64,000 nt of DNA from Syntrophaceae bacterium (GTDB lineage Bacteria > Desulfobacterota > Syntrophia > Syntrophales > PHBD01): assembly GCA_013177825.1 (NCBI GenBank), contig JABLXX010000001.1, positions 656,936 to 720,935 of the forward strand. The letters are read 5' to 3'. Position 1 is the first letter of the stretch, and each line of letters starts with the position of its first letter. A program made the position numbers and the translations under genes. The notes under the pieces are model-generated. The model did no database searches and was not told where the DNA came from. It saw nothing but the letters and a program-made list of their open reading frames with translations. Of the stretch, positions 1 to 9,858 are shown one piece after another.

Positions 1-2
1 TG

Positions 3-341
3 GAGGTCGGGACCACGGGCCTTACGGAGGACGAGGCCGTACAATACGGGTTCAATCCCGTCAGCACCCTGATCTGGGGATCGCCCGTCGCCCGCCCGAT
101 GGTTCAAGGTCAGAAAATCGGCGTCAAGCTGGTTGCCGACAAGGTCACGGGGAAGCTTCTGGGCGGCCAGTGCATCGGAGAAAAGGGTGCCATCCAGCGG
201 ACCTATGCCCTGTCTGTCGCCCTGTGGTCGGGACTGGGCATTGAAGAGGTGGGTTACCTGGATCTGCCCTACGCACCCCCGTTCGGCGGTGCCTGGGACG
301 CCATCCACGTGGCGGCGCAGGAAATCGTCAAGAAAAGGTAA
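3..341 (+). CDS. FAD-dependent pyridine nucleotide-disulfide oxidoreductase (NADH oxidase/CoA-disulfide reductase family), C-terminal part, truncated by the window start
   Basis: The frame is open from base 3 (EVGTTGLTEDEA...). It carries dimerisation-domain motifs KLVADKVTGKLLGGQ and LDLPYAPPF. Confidence 0.85.
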   Translation, partial: EVGTTGLTEDEAVQYGFNPVSTLIWGSPVARPMVQGQKIGVKLVADKVTGKLLGGQCIGEKGAIQRTYALSVALWSGLGIEEVGYLDLPYAPPFGGAWDAIHVAAQEIVKKR

Positions 342-408
342 CCGCAGGTGCGGACGAAGAGAGTAAAAGCCGGAATCCTCCGGCAAGACGAGTTGAGGAG
401 GAACGGGA

Positions 409-735
409 GTGCCATCCAAAGGAAAAGCATCGGGATTGGAAACCATCGCCGTGGAAATCGGCGGTGACATTTGCGGGACCTATCAGGGACTGGCGGGTAC
501 GTTTGCAGGCTTCGCGGATTGCTGTATCCGCAGACAGGAACTTCCCGGTTTCCAACAGAAGGACCTGCTTGTGGGAGCCGAACGGAAAGGACGGCGATTG
601 GAGCTGCTGCTGTCCGGAAGACGCCCCGTTGAGGAACTGATCGAGATGATGGAGATATCGTTGCACAACGTGATGGCCTTTCCCGGCACCGGGGGAGAGG
701 CGGAATGTGTCGTCGAAGTCAGATCCGAAAAATGA
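409..735 (+). CDS. hypothetical protein (108 aa)
   Basis: GTG start after a GAGGAGG RBS. It fills the gap between two co-oriented genes. No family recognised. Confidence 0.6.
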   Translation: MPSKGKASGLETIAVEIGGDICGTYQGLAGTFAGFADCCIRRQELPGFQQKDLLVGAERKGRRLELLLSGRRPVEELIEMMEISLHNVMAFPGTGGEAECVVEVRSEK

Positions 736-756
736 AAAAGGGGGAAGGAGGGGACG

Positions 757-2208
757 ATGGCTCTAAAAACGGCAGAGGAGTATCTGGGTAGCATCGGAAA
801 GATGAAGCCCCGTGTGTATTGCGGGGGGAAATGGGTAACGAATCTGCTGGACAATCCCGTCACGAGATCCATGGTCATGGCCAACTCCGCAATATACGGC
901 CTGGCCGAGGACGAGAAAAACAAGGAAGTCATGGTGGCGAAGTCCCACCTGACAGGGGAGCCGATCAACCGCAACCTCAATGTGGCACGGAATATTCACG
1001 ATCTGGACATGCGGCAGGAGATGGCACTGCTCACCAGCCAGACGGTGGGGACCTGCAATTACCGCTGCGTCGGCTGCGACGCCCTTAACAGCGTGGCCGC
1101 TACGACCTGGGAAATGGACCGTGACCTGGGCACGAAATACGAGGAAAATTTCAACAAGTGGCTGGCCTTTGCCCAGGCCAACGACCTGGCCGTGTCGGGC
1201 GCCATCACCGACGCCAAGGGGGACCGGAAGAAACGTCCCTCCCAGCAGGATGATGTCGACACCTTTGTCCATCTCGTCGAGAAGCGGGACGACGGAATCG
1301 TGGTGCGGGGGATCAAGGTCAGCCAGAGCGGCGCCATCGGTTCCCATGAAACCCTGGTGCTTCCCGGCGGCGCCCTGAAGGAAGGGGAGGAAAAGTTCGC
1401 CCTGGCCTTTGCCGTCCAGAACAGTGTTCCGGGTCTGTCCTACATCTGCCAGTACAACGCCTATTCCGCGGAGCGGGAAATGTTCGGCGACGAGGAAGCG
1501 GAACTCGGGAACCCGATCTACGGTCAGCGGGAAACATCGACGATGGTGTTCGACAACGTCTTCATTCCCTGGGAGCGGGTCTTCCTCTGCGGCGAGACCA
1601 AGTATTGCGGGAAAATGGTCACCCGGTTCGCCAAGGCCCACCGCATGAACTGCGGCGGGGCCTGCAAGGTGGGATTCGCCGACCTGATCATCGGAGGCAC
1701 CATGCTGGCCGCCGAATACATCGGCGTGGAAAAGGTCCCCCACATCCAGGAGAAGATCATCGACATGGTCCGTTTCAGCGAGACCTCCCATGCCTGCGCC
1801 ATCGCGGCCGCCATGAGAGGCCGCGAGGAACCGAAAGGCTCCGGCGTCTTTCTGCCGGACGATCTCTTCGGCAATGCCGCCAAGCTGAACATCGCCCACG
1901 GATTCTGGGAAATCATCAAGAACGCAGGCGACATCGGCGGCGGCCTGGTGGTGACCATGCCGAGGCTGAAGGATCTGGAAGATCCGGAGGTCGGTCCCAT
2001 GCTGAAGAAGGCCTTCGGGGCCGCGGCTCCGGCGGACAAGCGGATGAAGGTCGCCAAGTTCCTGCAGCACTGGTCGGCGGGCCTTCACGGGCCCGGGACC
2101 TGGCACGGCGCCGGCGCTCCCCAGACCCAGCGGTTCATGTTCACCGTTCTGACGGATTTCGACGCGAAGAAGAAAATGGCAAAGAAGATCATGGGGATGA
2201 AGGACTGA
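757..2208 (+). CDS. abfD: 4-hydroxybutyryl-CoA dehydratase / vinylacetyl-CoA isomerase (HpaB-like fold, FAD and [4Fe-4S])
   Basis: 483 aa with AAGGAGG RBS. GTCNYRCVGCD (Cx3C) and HRMNCGGACK match the Cys/Cys/His/Cys cluster ligands of AbfD. Confidence 0.8.
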   Translation: MALKTAEEYLGSIGKMKPRVYCGGKWVTNLLDNPVTRSMVMANSAIYGLAEDEKNKEVMVAKSHLTGEPINRNLNVARNIHDLDMRQEMALLTSQTVGTCNYRCVGCDALNSVAATTWEMDRDLGTKYEENFNKWLAFAQANDLAVSGAITDAKGDRKKRPSQQDDVDTFVHLVEKRDDGIVVRGIKVSQSGAIGSHETLVLPGGALKEGEEKFALAFAVQNSVPGLSYICQYNAYSAEREMFGDEEAELGNPIYGQRETSTMVFDNVFIPWERVFLCGETKYCGKMVTRFAKAHRMNCGGACKVGFADLIIGGTMLAAEYIGVEKVPHIQEKIIDMVRFSETSHACAIAAAMRGREEPKGSGVFLPDDLFGNAAKLNIAHGFWEIIKNAGDIGGGLVVTMPRLKDLEDPEVGPMLKKAFGAAAPADKRMKVAKFLQHWSAGLHGPGTWHGAGAPQTQRFMFTVLTDFDAKKKMAKKIMGMKD

Positions 2209-2227
2209 TCCTCCATCGGCTCGAACG

Positions 2228-2264
2228 GAAGGGCAGGGCGCCGCGCCCTGCCCTTCTTTTTTTT
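2228..2264 (+). terminator. intrinsic terminator
   Basis: Perfect 13-bp stem GAAGGGCAGGGCG/CGCCCTGCCCTTC with a 3-nt loop, followed by T8. Confidence 0.92.
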
Positions 2265-2548
2265 AGGCAAAGGATCAACGGTGAGCGCCGCCGGGAAGAC
2301 CATCGACGCGGTCCCCATTGCGGCATCCGCCGTTGCCGCCATCGAGTGGATGATATAATCGGCGACCATGGCATCAGGCCTGCGGCACGGAATCATGAAC
2401 CGGGATACGACCCCGCAAAGCCTTATTGAGGATGCCGTTGTAAGAATCAGGAGCCACTACCGAACAATTGCCATATGATTTCCCTAAAATAATGATCGTA
2501 TTCGTCCAGATAGAAATCCGGCAAGGGCAAATCCGGTATAGAAAGGGC

Positions 2549-2577
2549 TTGCAAACCCCCGGATGGCGAAGTATGAT
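2549..2577 (+). promoter_or_regulatory. sigma70-type promoter
   Basis: TTGCAA-17 nt-TATGAT upstream of the DUF3047 gene. Confidence 0.6.
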
Positions 2578-2778
2578 CGCCAACTGAAAAATTTAAGTGT
2601 CTAAGATTCTTGGGGAATCTCCGTTCTGGGTCCCGTCAGGCAACCTCCGGCCCGCTTCGCGGCTTGAGTTGTTCGGGGCAAACGTTTACAAAGGAAGGTA
2701 AAGACAATCCGCTGCCCCGGCCTTTTTGTTACGAATGCCGGGACAAGGCGGATCCCCGGAATCAATGAAGGTTGTTCC

Positions 2779-3486
2779 ATGAACAGAAAGATATGGATTG
2801 TTCTCCCGGCAGCGCTGTTCCTCCTTGTGTCCGCCGCTGCGGCGTATGCCCTGCGCGGGGAGATCGTGGAGGTGGCCCTGTACCGGAGTGCAAAGATGGT
2901 CGAAGGTGTCCCGGCAGGCTGGAAGATCATGCGCCATTCCGGAACGCCGGTCATCCGGCTCGAGAAGTTCGGCGATGCCTACTATGTGCGCCTGGCAAGC
3001 GATTCCCGGTCTGGTTTCGGGATCGAAAAAGAGGTCAGCGTCGACCTCAAGGAATATCCATACCTGAACTGGACCTGGACGGCGACGAGGCTGCCCCGGG
3101 GCGGCGACGTCCGGAAATCAGCCACCGACGACCAGGCGCTCCAGATTTACGTTGTCCTGCCGTCGACGGGCTTCCCGGAGACATTGAACTACCCGATCCT
3201 GACCTACGTCTGGGACAATGAGGCGCCGAAGGGGCTGATCACCAAGAGCCCCAAGCCCCTCATGAAAAAGATCCGATACGTTGTCGTCCGCAACAAGACG
3301 GACCGCCTCGGGACCTGGTACACGGAAAAGCGAAATGTGTACGAAGATTTCCGGAAGGTATTCCGGGATGTCGACGGAGGCGAGCCCAGGGGCGCAACCC
3401 ATGGACTGCGCTTCTATATCAATTCGCAGAACACCAAGAGCCAGGCGGAAGGATATATCGGCGAGGTTTACTTCAGCAAGTCCTGA
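2779..3486 (+). CDS. DUF3047-family exported protein
   Basis: Signal peptide, then YPYLNWTW, GGDVRKSATDDQALQIYV, LTYVWD and WYTEKRNVYEDF, which are typical of DUF3047. Confidence 0.8.
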   Translation: MNRKIWIVLPAALFLLVSAAAAYALRGEIVEVALYRSAKMVEGVPAGWKIMRHSGTPVIRLEKFGDAYYVRLASDSRSGFGIEKEVSVDLKEYPYLNWTWTATRLPRGGDVRKSATDDQALQIYVVLPSTGFPETLNYPILTYVWDNEAPKGLITKSPKPLMKKIRYVVVRNKTDRLGTWYTEKRNVYEDFRKVFRDVDGGEPRGATHGLRFYINSQNTKSQAEGYIGEVYFSKS

Positions 3487-3567
3487 CGACCTCCAGTTCT
3501 GTGTTTCCTGACCTGCAAGACCATCGGGCCGGTTTTCCGCATGCGGATGCCGGCCCCTTGCTTTCCG

Positions 3568-4254
3568 TCAATCTCCCGCCTCCACACGAACCCGGTTCAC
3601 CGTCCGGTGGGCCAGCCGGACAGGCTCCGGCAGACGGTAGCCCCGGCAGCAGTCCAGGACGACCCCGACGGCTTTTCCCAGGCTGACCCGGTGTCCCTGG
3701 GAGACATACACGGGCTTCACCCGGTCCCGGGTCCTGAGCGCGGCACCGACGATGGCGCCGTCCGCCAAAAGATCAGCCGTGCTTCCCTTCTCAGGGGCGA
3801 CTTCGCCGTGTGCCCCGTAGAGCCGGGTTTTGGCACAGCCGATCGCCGGCAGGTCGAGAAAGAGCCCCAGGTGGGAGGCGAGGCCGATTCCCCGGGGATG
3901 GGCGATCCCCTGGCCGTCGAAGAGGACTGCATCGGGCGTACGACGGAGCCTCCCGAAGGCCTTCAGCACGACGGGGCCCTCCCGGAAACTGAGGAGGCCG
4001 GGAACATAGGGAAAAGCGGACCGGTCCTCGGCGGAGGCCTCTTCGAGCAATTCCAGGGACGGGTAGGCGAGAACGACGACCGCGGCAAAGAAGCGGTCGC
4101 TCCCCCGGGCGTAGGAGACGTCGGCCCCGGCAATCGTCTGCAGGGAAGAGGGAAAAGACCGGTCATCCAGGATCAGCCGTCCCCGCAGTTCTTTCTGCAG
4201 AAAGACGGCCTCCCGGCAGGGGAGGTCCCAGGGATGGAGGCTAAGGACCCTCAT
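3568..4254 (-). CDS. nfi: endonuclease V (deoxyinosine 3'-endonuclease)
   Basis: IAGADVSY, FPYVPGLLSFRE, DGQGIAHPRGIGLASHLG, IGCAKT and RLPEP motifs. Confidence 0.95.
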   Translation of the reverse strand: MRVLSLHPWDLPCREAVFLQKELRGRLILDDRSFPSSLQTIAGADVSYARGSDRFFAAVVVLAYPSLELLEEASAEDRSAFPYVPGLLSFREGPVVLKAFGRLRRTPDAVLFDGQGIAHPRGIGLASHLGLFLDLPAIGCAKTRLYGAHGEVAPEKGSTADLLADGAIVGAALRTRDRVKPVYVSQGHRVSLGKAVGVVLDCCRGYRLPEPVRLAHRTVNRVRVEAGD

Positions 4255-5194
4255 CGGGATTTTCCAGCCAGTCCGCCAGGATGCTCTCCGATTTGGCCAC
4301 GTCGGCCCGGATCTGTGTTGCCAGCGCCTCGGGACCGCTGAACTTCATTTCCGGCCGAAGCCGGTCGATGAAGAGGATCTCCAGCGTTTCCCCATACAGG
4401 TCGCCCCGGAAATCGAGAATGAAGACCTCCACGGAAAGCTCCGCGTCTCCGAAGGTGGGATTGTAGCCGATGTTGAGGACCGACTTCATCGACCGCCCGT
4501 CCATCTTGGTGAAGGCGGCGTAAACGCCCCTGGCCGGCAGGAGCTCCTTTTCGGGCCGGACGTTCGCTGTCGGGAAGCCCAGGCCGGTCCCCCGGCGGTG
4601 GCCATGGACGACACGGCCTTCCACATTATAGGGGCGGCCGAGAAGATGGCGGGCCGTCCGGACGTCGCCGTCGAAAATGGCGTTCCGGATGCGGGTGCTG
4701 CTGATGACGTCCCCGCTCCCGGAAACGGCTCCGAGGGCCTCCACGGAGAAGCCCAGGGTCTTCCCCCAGCGGACCAGGAAGGCCTCGTTGCCCTCCTTGC
4801 CGCGACCGAATCGATAATCGTGACCGATGAAGAGCTTCCGGATGCGGAGCCGCTCCCAGAGGATGTCCCGGACGAAGGCCTCTGCGGACAGGGAGGCGAA
4901 GTCCAGGTTGAAGGGGATCATCAGGAGGGCGTCGACCCCGGTAGAGGCGATCTCCCGGATTTTCTCCTCCGGGGTCGTGATCAGGTAGAAGGGCCTTCGG
5001 TCGGTCCGCAGAACGCTTTTCGGATGCGGTTCGAAGGTGATGACCAGGACGGGCGCCCCGGCCGGTCCGGCCTCCTCGATGAGGTGGCGGAAAATGGCCC
5101 GATGGCCCCGGTGCACACCGTCAAAGTTGCCGATGGTTACAAAAGCCCCTTCCAGTTCCCGGGGAATTTCTTCCAGACTGCGGATGACCTCCAT
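4241..5194 (-). CDS. ribF: bifunctional riboflavin kinase / FAD synthetase
   Basis: TIGNFDGVHRGH, ISSTRIR and GFPTAN motifs. Start placed at MEVIRS (5194) rather than the ORF-track start at 5245. Confidence 0.95.
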   Translation of the reverse strand: MEVIRSLEEIPRELEGAFVTIGNFDGVHRGHRAIFRHLIEEAGPAGAPVLVITFEPHPKSVLRTDRRPFYLITTPEEKIREIASTGVDALLMIPFNLDFASLSAEAFVRDILWERLRIRKLFIGHDYRFGRGKEGNEAFLVRWGKTLGFSVEALGAVSGSGDVISSTRIRNAIFDGDVRTARHLLGRPYNVEGRVVHGHRRGTGLGFPTANVRPEKELLPARGVYAAFTKMDGRSMKSVLNIGYNPTFGDAELSVEVFILDFRGDLYGETLEILFIDRLRPEMKFSGPEALATQIRADVAKSESILADWLENPDEGP

Positions 5195-5273
5195 GTTTTC
5201 CCTTTCCGCTGGCCGATCCCTTCCGATGCAGTGTAAATCCGCCATTGACGCGGTCCGGGCGGATCATTTTTTC

Positions 5274-5303
5274 TTGACAGGGGATTGGCGATTCGTGTAG
5301 AAA
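5274..5303 (+). promoter_or_regulatory. probable tRNA promoter
   Basis: TTGACA at 5274, with a TAGAAA -10-like hexamer 18 nt downstream. Confidence 0.45.
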
Positions 5304-5335
5304 AAAACGCTCTTTTGGAATGCACCAGCCTTTTT

Positions 5336-5423
5336 GCCGAAGTGGCGGAATTTGGTAGACGCGCTAGGTTCAGGGTCTAGTGGGCGTACGCCTGTCCGGG
5401 TTCAAATCCCGGCTTCGGCACCA
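5336..5423 (+). tRNA. tRNA-Leu, anticodon CAG
   Basis: Acceptor stem GCCGAAG/CTTCGGC, GGTAGAC D-loop, anticodon loop TTCAGGG, long variable arm, TTCAAAT T-loop and encoded CCA. Confidence 0.97.
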
Positions 5424-5429
5424 TATATA

Positions 5430-5467
5430 CAGACGGGGGCGCTCTGTCAAGCAGGGCGCCCCCTCTG
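5430..5467. terminator. hairpin between the convergent tRNA and glycogen locus (likely bidirectional terminator)
   Basis: GGGGGCGCTCTG-TCAAG-CAGGGCGCCCCC stem, extended by CAGA/TCTG. Confidence 0.6.
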
Positions 5468-5604
5468 CGTTTCCGAACCGGGTTCGCTTTTGCTGCGGTG
5501 TTTTCACCCGTTGTTTTCTCTGTTCTCTGCTCACGGCCCTTCTGAACCATGGGAACAGCCCCGATGGCATGTCCGAAGTGCATCGGGCCCGGTTCCTGGC
5601 GCGC

Positions 5605-8600
5605 TTACCCCCAGAGGATCAGGCCCGTCTCCTGAAGCATCGCCAATTGCGGATGGAACGGCAGAACCCGGATGCCGTACGAGTAGGTTCCGTTCGCCCG
5701 GACGGTGTACTCGCCGGCAAATACCAGCAGGCCGTCCTTTTCCACGTCCGCGATCTTCAGGGGGACCCGCTCCGGTGGACTGGAGAAGCCGTGACTGTCC
5801 CTGGGACCGATCACCAGCTCCACGAGGATCTCCTCCGGCGCCACTTTTCCCGGGTCGATCCGAACCTGGACCGACAGGGGTTGGTCCACCACGATCGTGT
5901 CCCCGTGAATGCCCTCGACGGTCACTTCCTGGAGCTTCAGGGAGGAAAACCGCATGGGTACCTTCCGCTTCCAGTCGACGATCGTGCGGGTCAGGGCGAA
6001 GCCGTCGGCCGTCAGCTCCTGATCGCGCCGCGCCGCCGGGAGATACATCCCTTCATAGTACTCGGACAGCATCCGCTCCGTGTTGAATTTTGGAATCAGG
6101 GTCTGCATGGAGCGCTTGACGGCGGCGATCCAGCGCTCCGGAATTCCGGAAAGATCACGCTCGTAAAAAGCGGGGATGACGACTTCTTCCAGGAGTGTAT
6201 AGAGGTCCCGGCCGTCCTCTTCGTCGGCATTGGGACGCTCGTCCGCGTGCTGCTGTACGACCGGCCCCACCGTCCATCCGTTTGTCCCGTCGAAGGCCTC
6301 GCTCCACCAGCCGTCGGAGACGCTCAGGTTCAGGACCCCGTTGGCGGCCACCTTCATCCCGCTCGTGCCGCTGGCCTCATAGGGGCGCCGGGGTGTGTTG
6401 AGCCAGAGATCGACCCCCCGGACCAGCATCCGCGCGCTGCCGAGGGAGTAGTCTTCGATGAAAAAGATGCGGCCCCGGAACCGGACGTCCCGGCAGACGT
6501 CGATGACCCGTTTCACGAGGTTCTTTCCCATGTCGTCGTTGGGATGGGCCTTGCCGGCGAAGATGACGTGCACCGGCCGGGTCGGATGATTGACGATCCG
6601 GTCCAGCCGGTCCAGGTCCGACAGAAGCAGGTCCGCCCGCTTGTACGGGGCGAAACGGCGGGCGAATCCGATCATGAGCGCAGACGGATTCAGCCGGGAA
6701 AACAGATCCTCCCGCCAGTTCTTCCAGGAAGGGAATTTCGTGTCCGCGGCGGCGGTGTAGTCGCGGAGATAGTCGAGCATCCGCTGTTTCAGTTCGGAGC
6801 GGATCCGCCACAGCTGAATGTCGGGGATGTCCTGGACGCGCTGCCAGCGCTCGGGGTCGGCGATGTGCTTTTCCCAGTCCATCCCCAGGTAGGTGTCGAA
6901 GCACTCCTTCATCCGGGGGGCGATGTAGGACATGACATGGACGCCGTTGGTGATCTGTCCGATGGGGATGTCCGAATCGTCGAATCCCTTCCAGACATCC
7001 CGCCACATGTGGCGTGCCACCTGCCCGTGAAGGCTGCTTACGGCATTGCTCCGGTGGGACATCTTGAGGGCCAGGATGGTCATGAAGAACGGCCGGTCGT
7101 CGCCCCGCTCCTTCCGGCCCAGGTCCCAGAACTGAGCCCAGGAAAGACCGAAGCGCTTCAGGTATCCGCCCAGGTGCGACTCGATCAGGTCCTTCGAGAA
7201 GCGTTCGTTTCCGGCCTCCACGGGGGTGTGGGTGGTGAAGACCGTGCTGCCCCGGACAATCTCCGCTGCCTCCTCGAAGGACAGCCCCTCCCCGCTCATC
7301 AGGTCGGCGATCCGCTCGAAAATCAGGAAGGCCGAGTGTCCCTCGTTGATGTGGTATACCCGGGGACGGATGCCGAGTTTCTTCAGGAGGCGGACGCCTC
7401 CCGCCCCCAGCAGGATCTCCTGCTCGATCCGCACCCGCGGATCGGCCCCGTAGAGGCGGGATGTGATGGAGCGGTCCTGGAGCGTGTTTCCCGGGACGTC
7501 CGTGTCCAGGAGATAGAGGGAAACCCGGCCGACCTTGATTTCCCAGATGTTCGCGTACAGGGTGCGCCCGGGCAGCTCCAGGGAGATCTTGACGTCCGTG
7601 CCCAGCTCATCGCGGACGATCTCCACGGGCAGGCTTGAGAAATCGTTCTCCGGATACTCGGCGATCTGGATCCCGTTCCGGTCGATGATCTGCCGGAAGT
7701 ACCCGTTCTTGTAGAGCAGCCCGATCCCGACGAGGGGGATGTTCATGTCGCTGGCCGTCTTGAGATGGTCCCCCGAGAGGGTCCCCAGTCCGCCGGAATA
7801 GATGGGGAGGCACTCATGGAGCCCGTACTCGGTGGAGAAATAGGCGACCGGGCTGGACCAGCGGATGCCGTTCGAGGCATAGGGATTGCTGTCGGACGAT
7901 TTTTCTTCCGTGTAATCGTCGAACTGGCTCATGATCTGGCCGTACAGGGCCATATAGCTTGGATTCCGGGCCGCCTCGGCGAGCCGCGAGGCGCTGACCG
8001 TTTCGAGCATCCGGACGGGATTGTTGCCCATTTCCAGCCAGAGTTTCGGGTCCAGGGTGGCGAACAGGTCCAGGGCCCGGGGATTCCAGACCCACCATAG
8101 GTTGTAGGCCAGTTCCCGGAGCCGGATGATCGCTTCCGGGAGGTTGGCGACAGCCGTGAAAACCCGGAAGTGAGGCTGGGTGGAGACGGTGCCGGCAAAG
8201 ACGTGCTTCCGTTCCCCCGTATCTGTCGCCGCGATCTTGGCGGATCGTTCGAAGGCCTTTCCCAGAGCCCCGTCGTAGGCCGCCAGATATGCCCCGTAAA
8301 AGTCCCTCCAGTCTGCATGCAGGGCCAGGTGCCGGGCTCCCCGGCGCATCCGGAGAAGATCCTGCTCCGTCCAGGAGAAACTCTCCCGGAGCATTTCCTT
8401 CAGCTCTTCTTCGACGGCTGCCGGCTCCTGGTTCCGCCGGTCCAGGATCCGCACGCCGTCGTAGCCCCCGTTCATCTGGCGGACCCACTGCCCGAATCCG
8501 GCCAGGTCGGTGGAAACCGTCGGGACGGCGTAGGCAGCGCACTCCAGCGGCGTATATCCCCACGGCTCGTAATAGGAGGGGAAGACACCCATGTCGCATC

Positions 8601-9858
8601 CCTGGAGGGCCTCGAAATAGGGAAGATTGAGGAACCCGTCGTTTCCGTCCAGCGGAGCCGGAACGAAGATGATGCTGATCCGGTTCTCGGGCATGTTCCG
8701 GAGGCTCAGGCGCTTGCAGGTCTCCAGAACGGGATCCGAGGCACCGTAAGAGAGGCGGTGCGTGGCGATGGGCATGGGACCCGGTTCGGTCCGGGTGTAA
8801 TGGGCCTTCAGAGAGGGTAGCAGGTCCATGTGGCCGCCCATGACGAAGAGGAAGGCCACGGCCGATCGTTCGGCCTCCAGTTCCCGTTCCAGGCGTCCCA
8901 GGGCTCCAAGGAACAGATCGATCCCCTTGTTGTGGAATTCGTAGCGGCCGGAGGTCATGAAAAGGCGGGTATCCGGCGGAAGCTCCCGCTGGAGGAATTT
9001 CCCCGCCGCCGCAAGGAGTGCGGCCCGGGATGCCGCCGCTGGCGCCCGGTCTTCCGTCAGGTCCGGGATGTTCTCCATGTCCAGCCCGTTGGGGGTGACG
9101 GCATCGGGGGCGCGGCCGAGGATGTTCCGGGCCTCCAGGGCGGTGATCTCGCTGACGGTGGTGAAGCAGTCGGCCTCCCGGGCTGTGACGTGCTCCATCG
9201 AAAATTTCGCGCTGATGTTGTGGGCTCCAGCCTCTTTCTGGGGCGAGAGGTGGTCCATCGATCCATACAGGTCCATGCCGGTTCCCGACAGGGTGCGGCC
9301 CAGAATGGTGGCGTGGGTTGTAAAGACGGTGGCGATCTCGGGAATCCGCCGCTTCAGATAGAGAAGGCCCGCTCCGGCCATCCATTCGTGGAAATGGGCA
9401 ATGACCGGATTCCCTCCGGGACGCGCCAGAATGTGATACGCCGTCTCGATGACTTCCCCCGTGGCGTGGCTGAACATGACGGGCTCCACGTAGTCCCAGC
9501 CGCCGGTCATGGAATCGACGCCCCAGTTTTCCCAGATGCGGAACAGGAGTTGATCCTTGTCGTACCGCTGGGAGAATCCCACGAGGATGACTTTCGGCCG
9601 GCCCGGGATCCGCCAACGACCGAACCGGCAGGGGATCTCCTTGATGGCCGTCGCCTCCCGGATCCGGGTCCAGCATTCCTCGTCCGTTTCCTCGAACTCG
9701 GGATTGTTTTTGAGATCCGGACCGAGCAGGATGTAGCGGTCCCCGAATGTGTTCAGGGCCTCCCGCATCTTGCTGGTGAGGACGGTATGGATTCCGCCTA
9801 CCTTGTTGCAGACCTCCCAGCTGACCTCGAACAGGTAGGTGTTCCGGTGTTCCGTCAT
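5605..9858 (-). CDS. glgP: fusion of a GT3 (eukaryote-type) glycogen synthase domain and a GT35 alpha-glucan phosphorylase
   Basis: N-terminal FEVSWEVCNKVGGI, GRYEFHNKG and FPSYYEPWGYTP (GT3). C-terminal YSGGLGTLSGDH and EASGTSGMK (PLP Lys, GT35). Start at 9858 follows an AAGGAG RBS. Confidence 0.9.
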   Translation of the reverse strand: MTEHRNTYLFEVSWEVCNKVGGIHTVLTSKMREALNTFGDRYILLGPDLKNNPEFEETDEECWTRIREATAIKEIPCRFGRWRIPGRPKVILVGFSQRYDKDQLLFRIWENWGVDSMTGGWDYVEPVMFSHATGEVIETAYHILARPGGNPVIAHFHEWMAGAGLLYLKRRIPEIATVFTTHATILGRTLSGTGMDLYGSMDHLSPQKEAGAHNISAKFSMEHVTAREADCFTTVSEITALEARNILGRAPDAVTPNGLDMENIPDLTEDRAPAAASRAALLAAAGKFLQRELPPDTRLFMTSGRYEFHNKGIDLFLGALGRLERELEAERSAVAFLFVMGGHMDLLPSLKAHYTRTEPGPMPIATHRLSYGASDPVLETCKRLSLRNMPENRISIIFVPAPLDGNDGFLNLPYFEALQGCDMGVFPSYYEPWGYTPLECAAYAVPTVSTDLAGFGQWVRQMNGGYDGVRILDRRNQEPAAVEEELKEMLRESFSWTEQDLLRMRRGARHLALHADWRDFYGAYLAAYDGALGKAFERSAKIAATDTGERKHVFAGTVSTQPHFRVFTAVANLPEAIIRLRELAYNLWWVWNPRALDLFATLDPKLWLEMGNNPVRMLETVSASRLAEAARNPSYMALYGQIMSQFDDYTEEKSSDSNPYASNGIRWSSPVAYFSTEYGLHECLPIYSGGLGTLSGDHLKTASDMNIPLVGIGLLYKNGYFRQIIDRNGIQIAEYPENDFSSLPVEIVRDELGTDVKISLELPGRTLYANIWEIKVGRVSLYLLDTDVPGNTLQDRSITSRLYGADPRVRIEQEILLGAGGVRLLKKLGIRPRVYHINEGHSAFLIFERIADLMSGEGLSFEEAAEIVRGSTVFTTHTPVEAGNERFSKDLIESHLGGYLKRFGLSWAQFWDLGRKERGDDRPFFMTILALKMSHRSNAVSSLHGQVARHMWRDVWKGFDDSDIPIGQITNGVHVMSYIAPRMKECFDTYLGMDWEKHIADPERWQRVQDIPDIQLWRIRSELKQRMLDYLRDYTAAADTKFPSWKNWREDLFSRLNPSALMIGFARRFAPYKRADLLLSDLDRLDRIVNHPTRPVHVIFAGKAHPNDDMGKNLVKRVIDVCRDVRFRGRIFFIEDYSLGSARMLVRGVDLWLNTPRRPYEASGTSGMKVAANGVLNLSVSDGWWSEAFDGTNGWTVGPVVQQHADERPNADEEDGRDLYTLLEEVVIPAFYERDLSGIPERWIAAVKRSMQTLIPKFNTERMLSEYYEGMYLPAARRDQELTADGFALTRTIVDWKRKVPMRFSSLKLQEVTVEGIHGDTIVVDQPLSVQVRIDPGKVAPEEILVELVIGPRDSHGFSSPPERVPLKIADVEKDGLLVFAGEYTVRANGTYSYGIRVLPFHPQLAMLQETGLILWG

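Noticed and set aside
2085-2396. 103-aa ORF on the - strand overlapping the abfD end
   Set aside because: It runs through the terminator and antisense to abfD, with no RBS or family motif.
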